From positions 1 through 56,021 of IMG/VR virus record IMGVR_UViG_3300041583_000090: a DNA stretch of 56,021 bases; one strand, given 5' to 3'. This DNA is from a virus. Its lineage: Duplodnaviria > Caudoviricetes. Below, piece after piece: positions 51,829 through 56,021 of this stretch. The notes below the pieces were generated by a model. That model had not been told where the DNA came from. It worked only from the letters and a program-made list of their open reading frames with translations, and did not search any database. Position numbers and translations under genes: made by a program. Within the stretch, counting starts at the first letter, position 1. Each line of letters opens with the position of its first letter.

Positions 51829-52150
51829 TTTTGATGAGTATCAGATTTTTCTAAGGGCAATGGGCACAGCTCTTTCTTCTTTGGAAAAAGGCGACACCGA
51901 ATTTATTATATACTCAGCTGGCTCGGCAAACATAAACTCTATGGGGCTTGAGTTCTCTAACGTTTCTGAGAGAGGTCTTAAGGCCAGAGGAGTAAGGATT
52001 CGACTGATAAAGGTTCCCGCAAAGTGGATCGCTACAAACATTCATAAAATAGATTACCTTGCATATTTCAGTAAGCCAAAGGAGCCAGTCTCTGAACTGG
52101 TAGACCTAGCAGAGGCCAAAGACATCGAAGTCGGAGTCTACAGATACTAG
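51800..52150 (+). CDS. SLOG-superfamily-like (YspA/DUF2493-like) protein, divergent
   Basis: 'MAIQGTRSFDEY', Rossmannoid pattern, C-terminal 'VDLAEAKDIEV'. Confidence 0.5.
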   Translation: MIMAIQGTRSFDEYQIFLRAMGTALSSLEKGDTEFIIYSAGSANINSMGLEFSNVSERGLKARGVRIRLIKVPAKWIATNIHKIDYLAYFSKPKEPVSELVDLAEAKDIEVGVYRY

Positions 52151-52212
52151 CATCTCATAGATATTTGAGATGTTATCTACATAAAGGGCAACAGAGAGAG
52201 AAAAAAAATAAA

Positions 52213-52425
52213 ATGGCAACCGTAACTTCCGTGAGTGAAATGGAAAAAATCGTAAGCCGTAACAGGTCTTTGTCATGGGATGGTTGGACGGTATTAAATA
52301 CTTACCCAAATCCTGTGGCATGGAGATACACTAACGGAGCTTATATTAAAAATAAGTGGCACGTTCAGCAACGTTTTGAGATTACAGAAACTGGCTGGGA
52401 GATCCCGAATAAGCTTGTGAGGTAG
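52213..52425 (+). CDS. Small Trp-rich hypothetical protein
   Basis: Likely ATG 52213; 'LSWDGWTV...GAYIKNKW...GWEIP'. Confidence 0.65.
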   Translation: MATVTSVSEMEKIVSRNRSLSWDGWTVLNTYPNPVAWRYTNGAYIKNKWHVQQRFEITETGWEIPNKLVR

Positions 52426-52428
52426 CCC

Positions 52429-52710
52429 GTGGATAAGAATGCCTGGAAAGACCAAGGCTCTTGCGTAAGCTACGATGTTAACCTCTTCTTCGATAAGTAT
52501 GAAGAAAGCGAAAAGCTTAGACCAGCTGTAGAAAGCATTTGTGCAGCTTGTCCTGTGGCTAGGATGTGTTTTGCTGTGGGTATATCTCAAAAAGAATATG
52601 GAATTTGGGGAGGCGTTTACTTGGAAAAGGGTAAGGTCTCCAGAGAATTCGGAAGACACCGATCAAAATCTGATTGGGCAGAAACATGGAAGAATTTGAC
52701 TACGGATTAA
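52429..52710 (+). CDS. whiB: WhiB-family Fe-S transcription factor
   Basis: 'W..QGSC...LFF...ICAACPVARMC...EYGIWGG' four-Cys plus GIWGG signature. Confidence 0.92.
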   Translation: MDKNAWKDQGSCVSYDVNLFFDKYEESEKLRPAVESICAACPVARMCFAVGISQKEYGIWGGVYLEKGKVSREFGRHRSKSDWAETWKNLTTD

Positions 52711-52711
52711 T

Positions 52712-52957
52712 ATGTATACAGACAACATGAGACGAGCAGTTCGCTCACTTGCACATCTTTCTCCAAAGGGGTTTTACCTTGAGATCAGAGACAATGATAA
52801 CTTTTTGTCCGTTAGGGCAAGCGAGCCATTGTTCATGAAGCTAACTGGAGAAGACAAAAGAAAAGCTGTTGAATATATGGCTAAAATAAAAGATGCCCTG
52901 GAGCAAAATGGAGCCATGGTGTTGCTAGTTAGAGAGGGAGGTGTAGAAGATGCCTGA
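52712..52957 (+). CDS. Hypothetical protein
   Basis: ORF track, tight packing. Confidence 0.7.
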   Translation: MYTDNMRRAVRSLAHLSPKGFYLEIRDNDNFLSVRASEPLFMKLTGEDKRKAVEYMAKIKDALEQNGAMVLLVREGGVEDA

Positions 52958-53321
52958 TGTGTTAAACCTAATAGCCTTCGCTGTATACCTTGTATCCTTC
53001 TTTTTTATTTTAGCTTTGTACCTTAGGCTTTATAGACGTAATCAAAAGTCAATAATGTCTATCGGTCAATTAATATTAGATAAGGCTGCCCTGTTATCCA
53101 AGATCGAATCTATGGAATTACAGAAGTCTCCAGAAGCAAATGAAAACTTCATAAAGTTTTTATCTGAATCTAGGGAGCATGCCTTCAAGTATATTGAGGA
53201 TGTCCAGCTCGCGGTGCAGAATTACCTTATTGCAATTGAGAACAAGGACAATGATCAGATACAGTTAGCTCGCATAGAGCTATTCAACCACTTGCCAGAA
53301 GAGCCCGAGACTGGCAACTAA
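52950..53321 (+). CDS. Hypothetical protein with N-terminal TM and coiled coil
   Basis: SD GGAGG; 'LIAFAVYLVSFFFILALYL'. Confidence 0.7.
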   Translation: MPDVLNLIAFAVYLVSFFFILALYLRLYRRNQKSIMSIGQLILDKAALLSKIESMELQKSPEANENFIKFLSESREHAFKYIEDVQLAVQNYLIAIENKDNDQIQLARIELFNHLPEEPETGN

Positions 53322-53420
53322 AAGCGGGGGTACATATATACACCCCCTAAACGCAAATAAGGATTATCTAACATAATCCATAAACATAAAACTAAAAATA
53401 CACTAATAGGAGAAACAAAA

Positions 53421-53777
53421 ATGAATAAAGCTATTATAAAATCATATCTAGAAAACTTGCTGGCTGTTGTCTTGGCTTTGATTGCCACAACCATCGCCGG
53501 TGCCGGAGTGTCTTCACCATTTGAACTCGCGTTGAGTGATTGGCTAGGAGTTGCAAACGGCTTGTGGGCAGCAGCAATCCCAACCTTGCTTCGCTATTTC
53601 AATGGCAAGGACCCAGCGTTCGGTAGAGTCTTCAAGACCGTATCCGATGAGGTAACAAAGAAATTAGAAGAAGCAGCAGAGGAAGCTAAGAAGGCAGCAA
53701 CAAAAGCTGTGGCTAAGACAGCTCCTAAAAAAGCAGTTGCTAAGGTAACCCCGAAGCCACCTGTTACTAAAAAGTAA
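53421..53777 (+). CDS. Membrane protein (holin-like) with Lys/Ala-rich tail
   Basis: SD AGGAG; two hydrophobic segments, 'LLRYFNGKDPAFG', KA-rich C-terminus. Confidence 0.65.
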   Translation: MNKAIIKSYLENLLAVVLALIATTIAGAGVSSPFELALSDWLGVANGLWAAAIPTLLRYFNGKDPAFGRVFKTVSDEVTKKLEEAAEEAKKAATKAVAKTAPKKAVAKVTPKPPVTKK

Positions 53778-53793
53778 TTAAATAAATATAGAT

Positions 53794-53825
53794 AAGCGGA
53801 TCACTCTTGTGGTCCGCTTTCTCTT
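53794..53825 (+). terminator. Intrinsic terminator
   Basis: AAGCGGATCAC-TCTT-GTGGTCCGCTT then TCTCTT. Confidence 0.75.
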
Positions 53826-53841
53826 ATGCTATAATAGTAGT

Positions 53842-53940
53842 GTCCCCATACAGGGCAAGGATTTTGTTTTCTTAGGATGACTAGTTACCATTTTTCTGGG
53901 CAACTCCTTCAGGTTACTGTGTGGGGACTTAATCTTGCTC
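53842..53940 (+). ncRNA. Candidate small structured RNA with its own promoter
   Basis: TGCTATAAT at 53827-53835; 12-bp stem 53842-53853/53917-53928 begins at the predicted start site. Confidence 0.55.
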
Positions 53941-53966
53941 AAATACAAACAATAAAGGAATCATTA

Positions 53967-54243
53967 ATGTTAAAGAAAACCCCCCAAATCTAATCGCGCA
54001 ATGCTTTTGTTATCGTCTGTATCTGTGGCATTGTCCCTTGCATTGCTTTCGATTGTGCCCAGTCAAGCCTCTACTCTACCTAGAATCAATCTAGGTGGTG
54101 CTGGCGGCGTCCCTGCAATCCCTTTATCAAGCCTTGAATTGATAGGAGACTTTTTGGTATCAGCTACTTCAGAATTCACAAGAACTGTCAGGGGGTTGGC
54201 TAACTGCACCTCTGATAAACTTAGAGATTCCTATGTGATATAA
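53967..54243 (+). pseudogene. Possible frameshifted gene for a small secreted/membrane protein
   Basis: SD AAAGGA and ATG 53967 stop after 8 codons; removing one C from C6 (53980-53985) joins it to ORF 54001..54243 and gives a signal-peptide-like N-terminus. Confidence 0.35.
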
Positions 54244-54250
54244 TATATTT

Positions 54251-54769
54251 ATGACTAATTTTATTCAGGAAGATAGCAACGAGATTAACAAGCAATCCCC
54301 CTGCTGGGACGGATACGTTCAAAGGGGAATGAAACCTGGACAGGATGGTGGCCCAGTACCGAACTGTGTTCCTGCGACAAAGTCAGACGGCTTTATGGAT
54401 GAGCGCGAGGCTCCCGAGGGATACCACTACATGCCAGACGGGTCTCTGATGGCCGATGAGGAGCATGAAAAGGAAAAGTCAATGTTTGAAAACTTTGGAA
54501 AAGACTTCACAAGAGCTACGAGACTGACAGATGTATTTAAGGCAGATAGTGTTCGTGTTGGACAAATGGTTTCCTGGAACTCTTCTGGAGGACGGGCTAC
54601 CGGAAAAGTTAAAAGAGTAATCCGCAGCGGTTCTTATAAAGTTCCAGGTACAGATGTAACAATTAATGCCAGCGAAGAAAGTCCTGCAGTCGTAATCACA
54701 TTATATCGTAATGGAGAAGCTACAGACACGACAGTAGCACACCGCATGGGGACACTGAGAGCCCTGTAG
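54251..54769 (+). CDS. Mosaic protein of short phage motifs with C-terminal Tudor/SH3-like (DUF2945-like) domain
   Basis: 'PCWDGYVQRGMK...VPNCVP', 'APEGYHYMPDGSLM', 'VGQMVSWNSSGGRATGKV'; TGATATAAT 6 nt before ATG. Confidence 0.7.
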   Translation: MTNFIQEDSNEINKQSPCWDGYVQRGMKPGQDGGPVPNCVPATKSDGFMDEREAPEGYHYMPDGSLMADEEHEKEKSMFENFGKDFTRATRLTDVFKADSVRVGQMVSWNSSGGRATGKVKRVIRSGSYKVPGTDVTINASEESPAVVITLYRNGEATDTTVAHRMGTLRAL

Positions 54770-54775
54770 AGCCAC

Positions 54776-54943
54776 TCAAATATCTTTAGGAACTTTTACG
54801 TAGTCCTCCAGGATAGCCTTGATCTGAAGGGTATACCTATCATACTCCATCTCAATAACCATATTGTCCTCATCGATCTTATGAACTTTAATCTCTTTAG
54901 CTATGTCAAATAAGACAGCTTTAATTCTTTGGTCAATGTTCAT
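54776..54943 (-). CDS. Hypothetical protein, 55 aa (below ORF track cutoff)
   Basis: Translated by hand: MNIDQRIKAVLFDIAKEIKVHKIDEDNMVIEMEYDRYTLQIKAILEDYVKVPKDI; follows HNH gene. Confidence 0.65.
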   Translation of the reverse strand: MNIDQRIKAVLFDIAKEIKVHKIDEDNMVIEMEYDRYTLQIKAILEDYVKVPKDI

Positions 54944-54946
54944 CAC

Positions 54947-55222
54947 TTACCCCCCATACTCACGTTGATAAGTTCTCATCTTGTGACAGTTGGCACACAC
55001 CACATCACACTTAGAAACTTCCTTCCAAGCAGCAGCCTCACCATAATTACGAAGAACCCGGTATACGACGTCTATCTTCTGATGCTCTGGCTTGTGATCA
55101 AACTCTAAGATGTAGTGGGGGAATATGTTCCTGCAATCAAAACACCCGTGCTTCTCTTTGTAGAGATGAAGTTCTTCAAGCACTAGGGACATCGCCTTAC
55201 GATGTTTTGCAGTCTTTACCAT
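54947..55222 (-). CDS. HNH endonuclease-like protein
   Basis: 'CFDC...LEFDH...KCDVVCANCHKMRT'; TGGTACAAT 8 nt upstream of ATG 55222. Confidence 0.8.
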   Translation of the reverse strand: MVKTAKHRKAMSLVLEELHLYKEKHGCFDCRNIFPHYILEFDHKPEHQKIDVVYRVLRNYGEAAAWKEVSKCDVVCANCHKMRTYQREYGG

Positions 55223-55326
55223 ATAGTATAATTGTACCACTATCTTTTTAATGGTACGAGATTATATGCTATAAATATAAAGAATTAAATATTAAAAGAT
55301 AGACTGAAAGATTTTTAAAGGATCAA

Positions 55327-55938
55327 TTAAAGAATAATAGCTTTAGCGAATACAACCCTAGAAGCCATCTTGCTTGCAGCAATGATCGCAATCGGAGCTG
55401 CTATTCCAAGTACTGTACCAGCCCACATACGAGGCTCCAGCCAGTTCCAATCCCAGTAGTCAAAGGTGTGGAATGCGTTTGCTAGAACAGCTAAGCCACC
55501 GAAGGCAACCATTCCAATAATTGCTCCAGATGTTTTTTCTGGCTTGCCATTGTCACTAAGTCTAGATGATAGCACTAGGTATGCTACTAAGAAAAGAAGG
55601 TACATGAGTTCGATAAAGAAGAAGAACAGCCCGGCCATCCACTCTTGGGACAGGCCTACAAAGGTTGCTACAGATGTTATACCATTAAAAGATACTATGG
55701 CTGAAGAGATAAAGGCTAAGCCAATGCCGACTAACCAGGTCCAAAGAATTACCTTCTGGTCAACCTGTATTTTTGGTGCACGTTTAGATTCTTGAAGCTC
55801 ATAGCGTTCACGCTTTTGATCCTCAATTTTAAGTTTAGTCGATTCTTCCGAGGTAGTTTTATTAATGGAAGCCATAGCATCCATCTTCTCTCGCCTTTGC
55901 GGACTTATTCCAGTCCGACCATTATCATAAATACTCAT
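55327..55938 (-). CDS. Four-TM membrane protein, DUF2637-like
   Basis: Four hydrophobic segments, 'AIVSFNGI', 'LANAFH', 'AAPIAI'; TGGTATAAT upstream on minus strand. Confidence 0.65.
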   Translation of the reverse strand: MSIYDNGRTGISPQRREKMDAMASINKTTSEESTKLKIEDQKRERYELQESKRAPKIQVDQKVILWTWLVGIGLAFISSAIVSFNGITSVATFVGLSQEWMAGLFFFFIELMYLLFLVAYLVLSSRLSDNGKPEKTSGAIIGMVAFGGLAVLANAFHTFDYWDWNWLEPRMWAGTVLGIAAPIAIIAASKMASRVVFAKAIIL

Positions 55939-55965
55939 AGTTATCTAGATAATTATACCATAAAG

Positions 55966-56021
55966 TAGGGAGTGCAGGACTCGAACCTGCGACTAAGAGC
56001 TTAGAAAGCTCCTGCTCTATC
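55966..56021 (-). tRNA. tRNA-Arg(TCT), 5' part beyond window edge
   Basis: Reverse complement: ...GATAGAGCA-GGAGC-TTTCTAA-GCTCT-TAGTC-GCAGG-TTCGAGT-CCTGC-ACTCCCT-A. Confidence 0.85.

Noticed and set aside
53322-53420. GGGGGT/ACCCCC inverted repeat plus A-rich tract as replication origin
   Set aside because: No iterons or other support; could simply be a weak terminator
53842-53940. HDV-like ribozyme reading of the P1/P2 crossing pairings
   Set aside because: Only TT lies between the P1 3' strand and the P2 3' strand, leaving no room for P1.1 or the catalytic C

Overview
A 56-kb segment of a tailed dsDNA phage genome with siphovirus-type tail genes, standard genetic code, almost all genes on the + strand. 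The host is very probably an actinobacterium (WhiB, class Ib nrdIEF, actinobacterial-like GlyA and small host-like Cys/His proteins, apparently leaderless genes), and the gene set resembles uncultured freshwater actinophages. Gene order: truncated large virion protein, portal, protease/scaffold, major capsid, neck, tail tube, two paralogous tail chaperones, 3009-aa tape measure protein (TMP), tail-tip genes, replication/recombination block (DnaB, primase, SSB, DnaE, RecA, four nucleases), terminase, nrdI-nrdE-nrdF-glyA, tRNA cluster, lysis genes, small accessory genes with whiB, and a short minus-strand block ending in a partial tRNA-Arg. Best candidate for an undescribed system: the TMP appears to be a modular cargo carrier, with a HipA/PI-kinase-like domain and a second unknown domain bracketed by copies of a ~57-aa repeat between two hydrophobic segments. 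Other highlights: tail chaperone G/GT apparently made by gene duplication instead of frameshifting, two candidate structured ncRNAs, and two promoter classes. All product calls are from motif recognition and gene order by eye; no searches were run.
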